A stretch of 64,000 bases of DNA from Flaccisagitta enflata (Eukaryota), in assembly GCA_965153355.1 (NCBI GenBank), contig OZ231126.1, forward strand, positions 8,370,001 to 8,434,000, given 5' to 3'. The notes beneath the pieces are model-generated. The model saw nothing but the letters and a program-made list of their open reading frames with translations, was not told the origin of the DNA and did not search any database. Below, in pieces: positions 1 to 13,392 of the stretch (its first letter is position 1; the number at the start of each line of letters is the position of its first letter). The position numbers and the translations under genes were made by a program.

Positions 1-260
1 CGCGGCATCTTTCCGATTTATTTGTTTGTTTGTTTATTCATCTATTCATTCATTGATCTATCCATTTATTTATTAAATCTAGTCCATGCATACATTCTTT
101 ATTCATTGAGTTCATTCGTTTTTTTTCTTCAAAAATCCTTGTAGAGACTCATCAACTGATTGGTAAAATATAATTCCCATTTTCTGTCCCAATTTCTTTA
201 CTTTCTGCTGCTTCTTCTTTTATGTTTCATTGTCCCTATTCCTAACTCATTCTCCATTTG

Positions 261-359
<99 letters not shown>

Positions 360-450
360 CTCCATCTACACAGGGCAAGCGTGGATCGCCGGGCATGCCG
401 GGTCTCCCGGGAGCCAAAGGACACAGGGTAAGTGTTAAGTGTACCATTGC

Positions 451-533
<83 letters not shown>

Positions 534-537
534 GCTG
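261..537. repeat. (CT)n and (TTG)n microsatellites flanking the collagen exon
   Basis: Direct reading. Confidence 0.95.
374..427 (+). CDS. Fibrillar collagen triple-helix exon (GKRGSPGMPGLPGAKGHR)
   Basis: Exactly 54 nt, six Gly-X-Y triplets, phase 0/0. Preceded by a (CT)n tract and cag, followed by gtaagt. Ends in the KGHR cross-link motif and resembles the 54-bp GARGLPGTAGLPGMKGHR exon of vertebrate COL1A1. Confidence 0.85.
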
Positions 538-1448
538 TACCATAATATCACCAATTTCTGTTCTTTTGAAACTTGAGACTTTTATCCTCCAGCTTTTCCT
601 TTTTTTTTAAAGAAGGGGGTTAAAGGGTGAGAGAGTGGAGGGATTATCAAGAAAAGAGGAGTGATAAAGGGAGAAAGTAAAAGGCAAGTGTATGTATCAT
701 GGGCCGTGTGACTCTCCTCTCAGTTGTAGTCAGTAGTCTTGAGTCTGAGAGAAATCGCTTCTTGTCTTGTCGACGATGAGGAAAATGGTTTTTGGCTTCT
801 CTTGAATTTAAATGATGTTCTAATGAATAACTACGAAGATTTTGAATACCAACCAAGTTTCCAAGGGATCCAAGGCCAACGGGGATTCCTCATAACAATT
901 TATATTCTTAAGCTTAATTAAGCCGAATGAACTCGGACGTTCCGTCCGCCGCAACACACACCCCCGACCCCCGACCCCCGCCCGCCCCCGGCGCCCGCCC
1001 ACCCTCTAACCCCTTCCGCCTATGGGCTCCATCCTCCCCCTTTCGGCCACAAGCTTCTTCTCCCACCCAAAAGCTTCCCTTCCCCTTCTCCCATTAGCTC
1101 TCCCTTCCCCTTTAACTCTCTCTTCCCCTTCCACCCATCGACACCCCCTACTTCTTCTGCCAATTAGCACCCCCATCCCTCTTTCGCTTATAAGCTTCCC
1201 CTTCCCATTTTCCCCCATTAGCTTCTCCTTCCCCTTCCCCCTTCCACCCATTGAGTCTCACACCCGTCAATTATCTATTTAGCTCCCCCATCCCTCTTCC
1301 CCCCATTAGCTCCCTCTTTCCCCTGCTCACATTAGCTCCCCCTTCCCCCATTTGCCCAATAGCCTCACCATCCCCCATAAGCTCCGCGAACAATTTTCAA
1401 TTAAAAAACAGTCTATGATGAGACATCCAACAAAGGAAAACATACTCG

Positions 1449-1857
1449 TTGGGCAGCGGCCCTGAAGGGGTCGATGACCTATGCTTTCAGACATTGTATT
1501 GTCTTCTCTTCCTCTTCTCATTATATCCCCCTTCTTCTTCATCTATTCAGCCCAGACAGGTGGAATCAAAGTCCCATATCCCCATGCAAACCTCGAGGCC
1601 CAAATCCTAGTCTTGAGGAAGAATCCCCAATGGATAAAACCTCACCCAAGGCCCAATTCCAGGGAATTGGGATTTGGGAACAAGAAATGGGAAATGGAAA
1701 CAGATGAGATGCTGAGGCCTCAGGCTGGGGGTGGCGGAGGGGAAAAAGAAAATTCATATAGTGAAATCATGGGTCATCGACCCCCGGGCCTGCCCTGCTC
1801 CCCCCTCAACTTCAACCACAACCTACTTAAGCAGGGCACGGGTACCGCTGACCATTG
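1449..1857 (+). mobile_element. HINE/Helentron-like non-autonomous element, family B
   Basis: Head ttgggcagcggccc-gaagggg-cgatgacctatgct and tail caacctactta-gcagggca-gggtaccgctg-ccat are shared with copies at 27.97-29.81 kb and 41.9-42.44 kb. It carries one GGCCCAAATCCYAGTCTYGA unit. Confidence 0.6.
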
Positions 1858-2106
1858 TTTTTACAAATTTTATTTAGGACAATGGTAAAAGAAATTGTAT
1901 TGTACATTCTCTGTCCACTGGAGAAGATATGACGCACGGGTTGAGACATGACACTGATATGAAAGTAGAGACACTGGTAGAGTTTACCTATACGCTTTTT
2001 TATACGCCACCTCTACCGGCAGTGGCTGATGTGACGCAAAAACGTATTTGGCGCCAAAATGCGTTTCCGGTTTGAGTTTTTTCAGGTAGTGGAGGAGGAA
2101 GAGGAG

Positions 2107-2147
<41 letters not shown>

Positions 2148-2717
2148 CCAGAGACACAGACAATTCAACACATAAGCAAAGAATAATAAGAGAGCCTTGG
2201 TAATAATTCTTTGTTTACATCCTATAAGCATCAATTCCCAAAGTGATATGGTGAAGCTACAAATGAACTACAAGAGGATGTTTCAGGAAAGATAATTAGA
2301 TGACAGGTCGTATTTTTTCTTAAAGTCCTTTGATTAAATGCGGGTATGTTAGGGCATAGATGCAGAAGCCATTTTGGTTTTTTGATCAAAGCATTGATGA
2401 AAAAAGCCAACTTGATGCAGACTGACTGACACAGCCCAGGTTATTGGTGAAAAAAAAAATTAAAAAAAAAACGTTTTCACATTTTTTTCCGGTCGGCAAT
2501 AATTGTTATCACTGGCGTTATAACATTCACATAACGAAAAACGCAATAATAGATTAAAATAGATGAAAATCTAAATGTAATGAAAACCACCATCTTTGGT
2601 TTTAAAGAAATATTTGTTTTGTAGTTTCTCGTTGGTTTTTCGTGACGCGTTTAGTAGAAGTAAATGGTGTCTTATTCAGCGCGAACATAAAAAACATGAG
2701 AAAAGGTACTTGGAATT

Positions 2718-3107
2718 NNNNNNNNNNTTTCTGGTTTTTCTGGTCGCTGTCTTTCTGGTCTTTCTGGTCACAATCTTTCTGGTCTTTCTGGTCTCGGTCT
2801 TTCTGGTCGCAGTCTTTCTGGTCTCTATGGTCACGACCTTTCTGTTTTTTCTGGTCACAATCTTTCTGGTCTCTCTGGTCACGGTCTTTCTGGTGGCGGT
2901 TTTTCTGGTCTTTCTGGTCACGCTCTTACTGGACTTTCTTCTCATGATCTTTCTGGTCGCGGTCTTTCTGGTCTTTCTGGTCACGGTCTTTCTGGTCACG
3001 ATCTTTCTGTTTTTTTCTGGTCGCGGTCTTTCTGGTTTTTCTGGTCGCGGTCTTTCTGGTCTTTCTGGTCTTTCTGGTCTTTCTGGTCTTTCTGGTCTTT
3101 CTGGTCA
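2718..3107. repeat. Assembly gap (N x10 at 2718-2727) followed by a (TCTTTCTGG)n-based minisatellite
   Basis: Direct reading. Confidence 0.9.
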
Positions 3108-3414
3108 CTCTAGTCACTGTCTGTGCGCAACCGCGTTTGAGGTGTCATTGGTGGCGTGTGCGGTTGCGTGCAAAGAAGAGAGCAATTAACCCGGAGAGAT
3201 TCCCATCATTTTTTTGTCGAGTCATAAAGCTTCATCCTTTTCGCTCTTCAAATTTCCATACATCATCTTTTATCAGCGAGAAAAGATAGTGAGGAAGAGA
3301 AGGAGGAGAAGGAGGATGAGGAGGAGAAGGAAAAGCTGGAGGAAAACGGGAAGCTTCATTCTCTAAATATTCAAAAGTGGTTGTTGTCTGGTAGCAAGAC
3401 GAGTAGGAGACATT

Positions 3415-3654
3415 TAGGGCGTGTTTCTAGTGAGCGCCAAAAACGCGTTTGTTCCCGTGGAACAGTGTGAACATATATTCATGAATTTCAACTGTCCCAC
3501 GAGGGAGTGAGCAAAGTGAGTGAGCGAGCCCGTGAACGGAGTGAGCGAGCGAAGCGAGCGTAGCGAAGCGGAGTGAGCTGTGCGAGCAAACGAACGTAGC
3601 GAGCGACCGAGTGGCCCTTTCAAAACGCGATCGTCTTTGACTAGAAACGCCCCC
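3415..3654. mobile_element. MITE with GGGCGTGTTTC termini and GAGC-rich core
   Basis: Imperfect terminal inverted repeats. Related copies at about 14715-14918 and, inverted, at about 20122-20366. Confidence 0.65.
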
Positions 3655-3974
3655 ATAAAGTTCTCTATCATCATCGTTTGTCTGTCTCTCTCTCTCTCTC
3701 AACATCATTCTCTCTCTCCCTCTGCTTTCGAGACATTCTGTCCTTATTCAATAAACCTCTTAGTTGGTCGTCTCTTTCTATCCGTCTCAGTCAGTCAGTT
3801 TTTCTGTCTACTTGGCTAACTGTCTCTCTGTTATTCCATCCTTTCATCCTTCCATCCTCTCTGTTATTCCATCTTTGTTGTCTAGAGTCTGTCTTTACGT
3901 CTGTCTGTCTGTCTTTCTTGTAATCATTTCAAGTTCCATTCCATTTATTGACGTCCACTTTTTTGCTTTCTTAG

Positions 3975-4995
3975 CTTTCTTCATCGTGCCGACCAACCGA
4001 GGCGCGTCGCCAGTCGTAGAGGGATCGACGAGGACGAGCAAGCTCCCGAACCCGAAGATCCGTTTGACCGGGATCAAGAGGAACAAAAACAGGACGACGA
4101 AGCCTGGAAAGCGTTCCTGAAGAGAAGACGTCTTGAACTCTCCAAGATACGAGATCTCTCCAAGAAGCCCGTCGGATGGATCGTCAGCGACTGGGAAGCA
4201 TGGAGAAGAGTAGAGCGAGTTAGAGCGGAGAGGATGGAATTCCGCAATCATCCAGACGCCGCCCGCCCGCCGCCGCCTCCTTCTCCTCCCAGCCAACTGG
4301 AGGAGATCAGCCCAGAAGAAGATGAGGGAGAAGAAGAGAACGCAAACGCAGATGACGACTGCGTTCTTGTCACCCACATCCGGTCGCCAACTGCCGGACA
4401 TGCCCCGCCGTCAAGCAAAGTCAAAGCCGCTAGTGCCGCGCTAACTGCGGACCTCCAACACAGAAGCAAGAGAGAGGCAGCTGCTGGAATCATCCAAAAA
4501 GCCCTCAAAGCGCCGGAAGTGAAGAGGACGGCAAGGAAGACTGCGACTCCACTCCCATCATCACCAACCGATCCACGTGGTGAAAGCAGATACGTCCCGC
4601 TCGAGCAAGCGACGTCGTCGTCTCCTTCACCGCCGCCCCAGCGAAGGGTCGTCGCGAGCAATCCCGATGCTCTTAGCTCGATAGGAGACAGCGCCGAAGA
4701 AGTTCTCCTTGAGGAAGCTCGCCAAGGTACGGTGAAGATGAGACGCCAAATCAACGAGCTGCACTCCAGCGCCGAAGCACTGAATCGCGAGATCGACGCG
4801 GCAAGAGCCTCCTCCATCAAAACCCAGAAGAAGATGGATGAGCCTAAGAAGAAGAAAAGAACGGGGGTTCTGCGGCATCCGCCGCCGCCTCTCGCTCCAA
4901 AAGGCGGTGCCCCGCCCGGATGCCAGTGGCGAGCGTGCCGACGCTGGGATGCTCGCGCCATCACAGCAGCCGGCAGACCACGGACGGGTGCGTGA
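3975..4995 (+). CDS. Orphan exon or gene, acidic/Pro-Ser-rich with a coiled-coil-like segment
   Basis: Acceptor ttttgctttcttag at 3974. The frame is open from 3976 (FLHRADQPRR...AWKAFLKRRRLELSKIRDLSKKPVGWIVSDWEAWRRVE...) into ORF 4234-4995. GC-rich and non-repetitive. No family recognised. Confidence 0.5.
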
Positions 4996-6680
4996 CGCTT
5001 CATTTTGTGAACGATATCTGGGAATTCGTTAAGGAGAAAATCGCCAAATCGCTTACAGGATATGACCGGTGAAGAGCGATACCTCAGCGCCCCATGGAAA
5101 GAAGCCCGCCAAAGGGAACACGCGAAAAGGAAATAGCGGGGATCTGAAAACGCGACCGCGCGATAACACCAGATTTAAGAAGAATCAGATGATTGATTAT
5201 GGGATGCCAAACTGGTACCCGATAACCACGCCGCATAAACCACGAGAAGATATTAATTTTTATATCACTCTTCATAACGCCGGTTATATGGCAGTAGGTT
5301 TAGTTGTGATAAACAGAGCATAAGAAAGAAATCCGCTGAAACAAATTGTCTCTGTGATTGACTTACCATCCTTTATGTTTATTTTGAAAGAATCACCACC
5401 CGGTAACTGCAGACTTGTTTTCCTCCCATCTGTGCCTCTCTTTTTCAATTATACTGTGAGTCGATCCGTTACACAAAGAAAGACGTAGGATGTAGTTGTC
5501 CACCCTGTTGCATTAACTTGCCTTGCATACGGGCATGACTATTGCTGCCCTGATATGACTGTGACTTGTTTGTCCCTCGTCTTCGCAACGTCCCTAGCTG
5601 GTATTATTCGTATACTCAGACTTAGAATCCAGTGTTTGTTTAGAACGGCTTTGTACTTGATATTGCATCTTTATTGGATACTGCTTCTCATATTGCAATT
5701 AAAAGTTCAAAATCAAAATCAATCAAGTTTTCATTGTTTCACAATTTTTCCTTTATTTTGTTTTTCCTTTGACTTTTGCTACTCTCTTTTTTCTTTTCCC
5801 ATTTTTACCATCTTCTTCTTCTTCTTCTTCTTCTTCTTCTTCTTCTTCTTCTTCTTTTTCATCTATTCTTCTTTTTCTTCTCTTTCTTCATCTTCTTCTT
5901 CTTCTTCTACTTCTTCTTGTTCTTCTTCTTCTTTTTCACCTTCTTCTTTTTCACCTTCTTCTTCTTCGTTTCCATAACGTTTCTCATGGAGCCATTTTCT
6001 CGGTTTCGTTCTTGTGCGAGTCGATTAAGCGAGCATGATATCGAAATCTTTAATCAGATTTCCAAACCCATTTTGGCTTTTTTGTCCATCATCAACTCGG
6101 AATCAGAACTGGAGCTGGCAAATGGATGTTGTAGAAACGGAGATGGAAATGGAATTTGGGGATGGAAATGTTATGGGGAAAAGGAATTTGGGGATGGAAA
6201 TGGAATTCAAGAACAGGAACATTGAGGAGAAAATGATCAAGAAACGGGAATTTTGTGAGAAATATCAAGGAGGAGTAGGAATTTTTTGGTTGAAATGGAT
6301 TAGGTATCGGTATTTTGCGGTTAAAATGGATGAGGTACCGGAATTATGTGACTGAAATGGATAAGGAACAGGGATGGATTAGGAAAGAAAATTCTGTGGT
6401 TAAGTAAAATGGATAAGGCACTGGAATTTTGTAATCGAAATGGATTAGGCAAAGGAACTTTGTGGTTGAAATGGACGAGGAACAGGAATTTTGCAGGATA
6501 GACGGACAAGGAACACGGATTTTATGATTGAAATTGATAAGGTACAGGAATTTTGTGGTTAAAATGGAGATGGCGCATTAGGTACTGGAACAAAACAGAA
6601 ATTGACTTTCAAATTTGATTTGACTGTGACGTCAGCGTGTTTTTATGGTTAACGCGCAATGTTTATGCGCTGATGCCTTA

Positions 6681-6820
6681 TTTGACTGTAGCCTGTTCTT
6701 CCTCAAACCAGGTGTGACTGTAGAGCCGAATTTGACTGTAGCCTGTCCTTCCTTAAACCAGGTGTGACTGCAGAGTCTGATTTGACTGTAGTCTGTTCAT
6801 TCTCATACCTGGTGTGACTG
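6681..6820. repeat. About 50-bp tandem repeat, 3 copies
   Basis: tttgactgtagcctgt...accaggtgtgactg repeated. Confidence 0.8.
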
Positions 6821-6902
6821 CACTGTAGAACGTCTAGTCAGGAAATTGCCTTTCTTTACTCAATCATTCGGAGAGAGTCGATTATTCATGCGAGAGGTAC
6901 GC

Positions 6903-7660
6903 CAATTGCAAACCATCTTATGGAGTGCTTTCACATTGTGTCTGATTGCAAACCATTTTATGGAGTGCTTTTACATTGTATTCAATTGCAAACCATCTCC
7001 AGGAGCGCTTTGACATTGTGTCCGATTGCAAACCATCTTATTGAGTGCTTTCACATTGTGTCTGATTGCAAACCATCTTATGGAGTGCTTTCACATTGTG
7101 TCTGATTGCAAACCATCTTATGGAGTGCTTTCACATTGTGTCTGATTGCAAACCATCTTATGGAGTGCTTTTATAATGTATTTAATTGCAAACCATCTTA
7201 TGGAGTGCTTTCACATCGTATTTAATTGCAAACCATCTTATGGAGTGCTTTTACATTGTATTTAATTGCAAACCATCTTATGAAGCGCTTCCACATTGTG
7301 TTTAATTGCAAACCATCTTATAGAGTGCTTCCACATTGTGTTTAATTGGAAACCATCTTATGGAGTGCTTCCACATTGTGTCTGACAGCAAACCATCATA
7401 TGGAGCGCTTCCACATTGTGTCTTATTGAAACCCATCTGATGGAGTGCTTCACATTGTGTTTAATTGCAAACCATCTTATGGAGTGCTTTCACATTGTGT
7501 CCTATAGCAAACTATCTTATGAAGTGCCTTTACTTTGTGTTTAGTTGCAAATTGTCTTGTGGTGTATTCACATTGTGTCCAATTGAGTTCCATTTTATCA
7601 AATATCCAGCTGCAAACCACCTTTTAGAGTGCCTTTTCATAGTGTTGAATTGCAAATCAT
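6903..7660. repeat. 40-bp tandem minisatellite, about 18 copies
   Basis: Unit ATTGCAAACCATCTTATGGAGTGCTTTCACATTGTGTCTG, decaying toward the 3' end. Confidence 0.92.
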
Positions 7661-7921
7661 AGTCCGTAAAACAGAGTGCTTTCAAATTATATCTAATAGG
7701 TATTCATTTTATGAACTGGTAAAACATTCTGTCCAATTGCAAATCCATGTGAACAAACTCTTTTCTTCCTTCTTTGCCAAATTCTAGCATTCTTCCCTTC
7801 GTTCTGCGTCAAGCGGAAGCCGTCGTTCGTCTAATCACTCTCTCTCTCTTCTTCTCTTTCTTCTTCTTCTTCTTCTTTTGTTTCACTGGATTATGCTTGA
7901 GGACCAAAGGAAGACTAAAAA

Positions 7922-8026
<105 letters not shown>

Positions 8027-8514
8027 CAGACATAAACTACAAACACTATCACGAACATGAACATACAAACACATGGACACAAAAGCTTATGACAAAGGTC
8101 GAAAATTTGCTAGAATCTGTGATTACCTCTGAACACAAGCAACCCCCCCCCCCCAAAAAAAGAAGATTTGAAACCCATTAGATTCAAATAAGAACAAAGC
8201 TAAGTTTTCTTTTTTTAAACATTTATGATTACAACGAGATCGCTTTTGGAAAGCTTTAAGCAGCGTTTTAAAAAGCTTTAAGCAATTCTTTAAAAGAGGG
8301 TCAATTTATTCAAGCGCAGCATCTTTCCAGTGGAAAGATATTTCAGCGCGAGTTTTAAGGAGATTTACTTTAAGCAATTTAGTCTAAGAAACTAACTCTG
8401 ATATGTCCTAAAATTACGGCATGTAGTACCGATCAAGTGCAATATTCCTTTAATTCGCAAGAAATGCATTGATATCCTCTCAACCACTGCTGTGAGCCTC
8501 ATCTTCAGCGTACA

Positions 8515-9050
8515 TAGCCAGACCTACAATCAGACCCGCAGCCTGACCCGCAGCCTGACCCGCAGCCAGACCCACAGCCAGACCTGCAGCCAGACCCGCA
8601 GCCAGACCCCTAGCCAGACCCGCAGCCAGAACCGCAGCCAGACCTGCAGCCAGACCTGCAGCCAGACCCGTAGCAAGACCCGCAGCCACAACCCGTAGCA
8701 AGACCTGAAGCCACAACTCGCAACCAGACCCGCAGCCAGACCCGTAGCAAGACCCGCAGCCACAACCCGTAGCAAGACCTGAAGCCACAACTCGCAACCA
8801 GACCTGCAGCCAGACCCGTAGCAAGACCCGCAGCCACAACCCGTAGCAAGACCTGAAGCCACAACTCGCAACCAGACCTGCAGCCAGACCCGTAGCAAGA
8901 CCCGCAGCCACAACCCGTAGCAAGACCTGAAGCCACAACTCGCAACCACGTCACCGCAACGTCACCGCAACGTCACCGCAACGTCACCGCAACGTCACCG
9001 CAACGTCACCACAACGTCACCGCAACGTCACCGCAACGTCACCAAAATGT
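8515..9050. repeat. 12-bp CAGACCCGCAGC minisatellite with a higher-order unit, then an 11-bp CAACGTCACCG array
   Basis: Direct reading. Confidence 0.9.
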
Positions 9051-9340
9051 CAGTCCAGGTTAATCACCAACGCCCGACAATTATATCGTGATAATTACCT
9101 GGATGAAAAAATCTAATGAAAGGAAGAACAAAAGCAATTATCAGAGTCTCTTTCCTTAATGCAATATGCATACCACATGTGGTCGAAAGAAAGACAATAG
9201 CTCTTGCAAACAAAAGGACAGACAAACTGACAGGCAGATCGAGAAAAAAGACCGTCACTTCTTTTATGAAAGTTGAAACAACATTGCCTTTACAAATGGA
9301 GGATTGGAGGTTCATTATGTAAGACCTGTTATGAATATGC

Positions 9341-9741
9341 TTATGTCGTGGTGCAGAACAGCGCCAAATTTGACAAATCGTTCTGTACTGTCCTGGCGTT
9401 GTTGCTGTTGTCACTGTTGTTTTTGGCGCTGTTGTTGTTATTGTTGTCGTTGAATTGGATCATGTTGGAGAGTTCCGCGCAGAGCGCGTTGACGTAGGCG
9501 TTCTCGAACCCTGAGGCTGCCATCGCGTAGACGTCGTCTTGGCCAGGAGTTTGGGAATGAGAAGCGCTACGAGGAGCTGGCGGAGGAGGAGGAGGAAGAG
9601 GAGGAGGAGCGGACAGATCTGGCCGGTTGGTTCTTCCGCCGGCATCGAATTCCTCGCATTCCAAAGTTTCGTGATTCGTCGATGAAAAAGTCGTCATTCC
9701 TAATAAGGAGAAATCGATAGTTGAAGAGTTGAAGAGTTCAA
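9341..9741 (-). CDS. CPEB1: CPEB1/Orb-like putative last exon 13 (C-terminal extension)
   Basis: Unique sequence ([11 protein letters not shown]...LALFCTTT*) after a multi-kb pyrimidine-rich tract. Acceptor gaag|TT is phase 1, matching the donor at 14290. Confidence 0.6.
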
Positions 9742-9760
9742 CTTCAAGGCCGTGTGTTTG

Positions 9761-9794
9761 ACAGAGAGAGAGAGAGAGAGGGAGAGAGAGAGAA

Positions 9795-9891
<97 letters not shown>

Positions 9892-9916
9892 GACAGACAG
9901 AGACAGACAGACAGAC

Positions 9917-9949
<33 letters not shown>

Positions 9950-10044
9950 GACAGACAGAGACAGACAGACAGACAGAGACAGACAGAGACAGACAGAGAG
10001 AGACAGAGACAGAGACAGACAGAGACAGAGACAGAGAGACAGAC

Positions 10045-10075
<31 letters not shown>

Positions 10076-12590
10076 CAGAGAGGGGGAGAGAGAGAAACAG
10101 AGAGGGGGAGAGAGAGAAACAGAGAGGGGGAGAGAGAGAAACAGAGAGGGGGAGAGAGAGAAACAGAGAGGGGGAGAGAGAGAAACAGAGAGGGGGAGAG
10201 AGAGAAACAGAGAGGGGGAGAGAGAGAAACAGAGAGGGGGAGAGAGAGAAACAGAGAGGGGGAGAGAGAGAAACAGAGAGGGGGAGAGAGAGAAACAGAG
10301 AGGGGGAGAGAGAGAAACAGAGAGGGGGAGAGAGAGAAACAGAGAGGGGGAGAGAGAGAAACAGAGAGGGGGAGAGAGAGAAACAGAGAGGGGGAGAGAG
10401 AGAAACAGAGAGGGGGAGAGAGAGAAACAGAGAGGGGGAGAGAGAGAAACAGAGAGGGGGAGAGAGAGAAACAGAGAGGGGGAGAGAGAGAAACAGAGAG
10501 GGGGAGAGAGAGAAACAGAGAGGGGGAGAGAGAGAAACGGAGAGGGGGAGAGAGAGAAACAGAGAGGGGGAGAGAGAGACACGGAGAGGGAGAGAGAGAA
10601 ACAGAGAGGGAGAGAGAGAAACAGAGAGGGAGAGAGAGAAACTGAGAGGGAGAGAGAGAAACAGAGAGGGAGAGAGAGAAACAGAGAGGGAGAGAGAGAA
10701 ACAGAGAGGGAGAGAGAGAAACAGAGAGGGGGAGAGAGAGAAACAGAGAGGGGGAGAGAGAGAAACAGAGAGGGAGAGAGAGAAACAGAGAGGGAGAGAG
10801 AGAAACAGAGAGGGAGAGAGAGAAACAGAGAGGGAGAGAGAGAAACAGAGAGGGAGAGAGAGAAACAGAGAGGGAGAGAGAGAAACAGAGAGGGAGAGAG
10901 AGAAACAGAGAGGGAGAGAGAGAAACAGAGTGTGAGAGAGAGAAACAGAGAGGGAGAGAGAGAAACAGAGTGAGAGAGAGAAACAGAGTGAGAGAGAGAA
11001 ACAGAGAGGGAGAGAGAGAAACAGAGAGGGAGAGAGAGAAACAGAGAGGGAGAGAGAGAAACAGAGAGGGTGAGAAACAGAGGGGGAGAGAAACAGAGGG
11101 AGAGAAACAGAGAGGGAGAGAAACAGAGAGGGAGAGAAACAGAGAGGGAGAGAAACAGAGAGGGAGGGAAACAGAGAGGGAGAGAAACAGAGAGGGAGAG
11201 AAACAGAGAGGGAGAGAAACAGAGAGGGAGAGAAACAGAGAGGGAGAGAAACAGAGAGGGAGAGAAACAGAGGGGGAGAGAAACAGAGAGGGAGAGAAAC
11301 AGAGAGGGAGAGAAACAGAGAGGGAGAGAAACAGAGAGGGAGAGAAACAGAGAGGGAGAGAAACAGAGAGGGAGAGAAACAGAGAGGGAGAGAAACAGAG
11401 AGGGAGAGAAACAGAGAGGGAGAGAAACAGAGAGGGAGAGAAACAGAGAGGGAGAGAAACAGAGAGGGAGAGAAACAGAGAGGGAGAGAAACAGAGAGGG
11501 AGAGAAACAGAGAGGGAGAGAAACAGAGAGGGAGAGAAACAGAGAGGGAGAGAAACAGAGAGGCAGAGAAACAGAGAGGCAGAGAAACAGAGAGGCAGTA
11601 GACTTCCCAGAAAAACTCAATTTATTGAAAAATACTCATCCCTGCAGCTTTTCTCAAAGAAAATACACCAGTTAATAAGAATTCAGCAGAAAATTTTTGA
11701 ATGCCATGGCGGAAGTAAGAAGCAGATATGATCAAAATTTCAAAATGAGAATTTTGTAGCTGATTGCAGATTCATCCTGCAAACTGTCAAAGAAAGTGCT
11801 CTTCTTTTTTTGATATTCCTTCGGGAAGATTGTCAAAATTGAGGTCAAAGATTTGAATAAGGCCAATTTTAAACAAAAGAACAATTTTGACCCGATCTAG
11901 ATATTTGACCTTTATTTTGACTATGTTCCTGAAGGAATATCAATAAAAGAAGATTACTTTCTTTTGACAGTTTTTTGCAAGGATTATGAATCTGCAATCA
12001 GATTTATAAAATTCTCATTTTGAAATTTTGACCTTATATCACCTTTGGCCTAATACTTCCGCCATAAAAAAATTTCAAAAAAAATTTTTGCTGCTGAATT
12101 CTTATTCAGTGGTCTTTATTCTCATTCTTATTCGCATTCTTATTCTATTTTTAACAAAGAGGAGAGAAACAGAGAGGCAGAGAAACAGAGAGGCAGAGAA
12201 ACAGAGAGGCAGAGAAACAGAGAGGCAGAGAAACAGAGAGGCAGAGAAACAGAGAGGGAGAGAAACAGAGAGGGAGAGAAACAGAGAGGGAGAGAAACAG
12301 AGGGGGAGAGAAACAGAGGGGGAGAGAAACAGAGGGGGAGAGAAACAGAGGGGGAGAGAAACAGAGGGGGAGAGAAACAGAGGGGGAGAGAAACAGAGGG
12401 GGAGAGAAACAGAGGGGGAGAGAAACAGAGGGGGAGAGAAACAGAGGGGGAGAGAAACAGAGGGGGAGAGAAACAGAGGGGGAGAGAAACAGAGGGGGAG
12501 AGAAACAGAGGGGGAGAGAAACAGAGGGGGAGAGAAACAGAGGGGGAGAGAAACAGAGGGGGAGAGAAACAGAGGGAGAGAAACAGAGTG
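9761..12590. repeat. GA-rich micro/minisatellite complex (AG, AGAC, AGAAACAGAGAGGG variants)
   Basis: Direct reading. Interrupted by a fold-back element at about 11668-12110. Confidence 0.95.
11668..12110. mobile_element. Fold-back MITE
   Basis: aataagaattcagcag...ctgctgaattcttatt with long inverted arms. Confidence 0.7.
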
Positions 12591-12909
12591 TAGTTTGGCG
12601 ATCTGGCTATTAGCTAACGGTTCAATTAATTGATTAATAATCGCGAATATAGATTCGGTTCAGATACTGCTACAACCAACTTTAGGTTGCGGTTTTTATC
12701 AATCATTTTTATAACAAAATGACCTTTTTTGCATGCATGCGTTTTATATAATTGCTAATCATCCAAGAATAGCGATAGTAGTTGAAGTAAAAAAAATAAA
12801 GCATTTTTTAGTTTCTCATTTTTTGAATTTATATTCAATTCATCTTTGCATATTTTAACTTTTTTCACATTTTCTTTTTTTTTCATACTTTCTTTAAAAA
12901 AAGAATAAG

Positions 12910-13053
12910 AACAAGGCCGGATACACGGCAATCCAGTCGCGGACGGTTGGGCAGGAGCAGTAATGCGAAAACCACCTGGAATTTAGAAATCTGACGGACG
13001 GACTGACGGACGGTCCAACACGGCAAGATGTAGTCATGTGTTCGCGACTAAAA
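12910..13053. mobile_element. Short HINE/DINE-1-like element, family A
   Basis: acaaggccggatacacgg...(GACG)n...gcgactaaaaa. Similar copies at about 18757-19940 (several), 42445-42555, 47488-47702, 50340-50497, 52220-52731, 59233-59430 and 59707-59926. Confidence 0.75.
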
Positions 13054-13109
13054 ATGATCATTAGATATGATGGATGCATATGTCATGAGAAAGAGAGGGA
13101 GAGAGAGAC

Positions 13110-13194
<85 letters not shown>

Positions 13195-13392
13195 GATAGA
13201 ATGATGAATAGATAGGCATATAGAAAAGCTAAGTTTACAGTCGACTTTCTATTAGGAGGAGGAAGAGGAGGAAGAGGAGGAAGAGAAGGAGGAAGAGGAA
13301 AAGGGTCAGTAACCATAACCGATCGTTACCGCATCAATGAGTAGCAACCGATAATCCAGTTAACAGCTATTTACTAGTCGACAAAAGGATAA

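Noticed and set aside
860-890. GIQGQRGFL as the next collagen exon
   Set aside because: Only three triplets, no donor site and wrong length. At most a decayed remnant.
2596-3189. Hydrophobic membrane-like ORF
   Set aside because: A 9-bp-based repeat that spans an assembly gap.
6903-7660. 40-bp array as a CRISPR locus
   Set aside because: Head-to-tail units with no unique spacers, no cas genes, and a spliced eukaryotic context.
9752-12633. Long RE/LS-rich ORFs, including most of the 759-aa ORF
   Set aside because: Translations of GA microsatellite. Only 9341-9741 is unique sequence.
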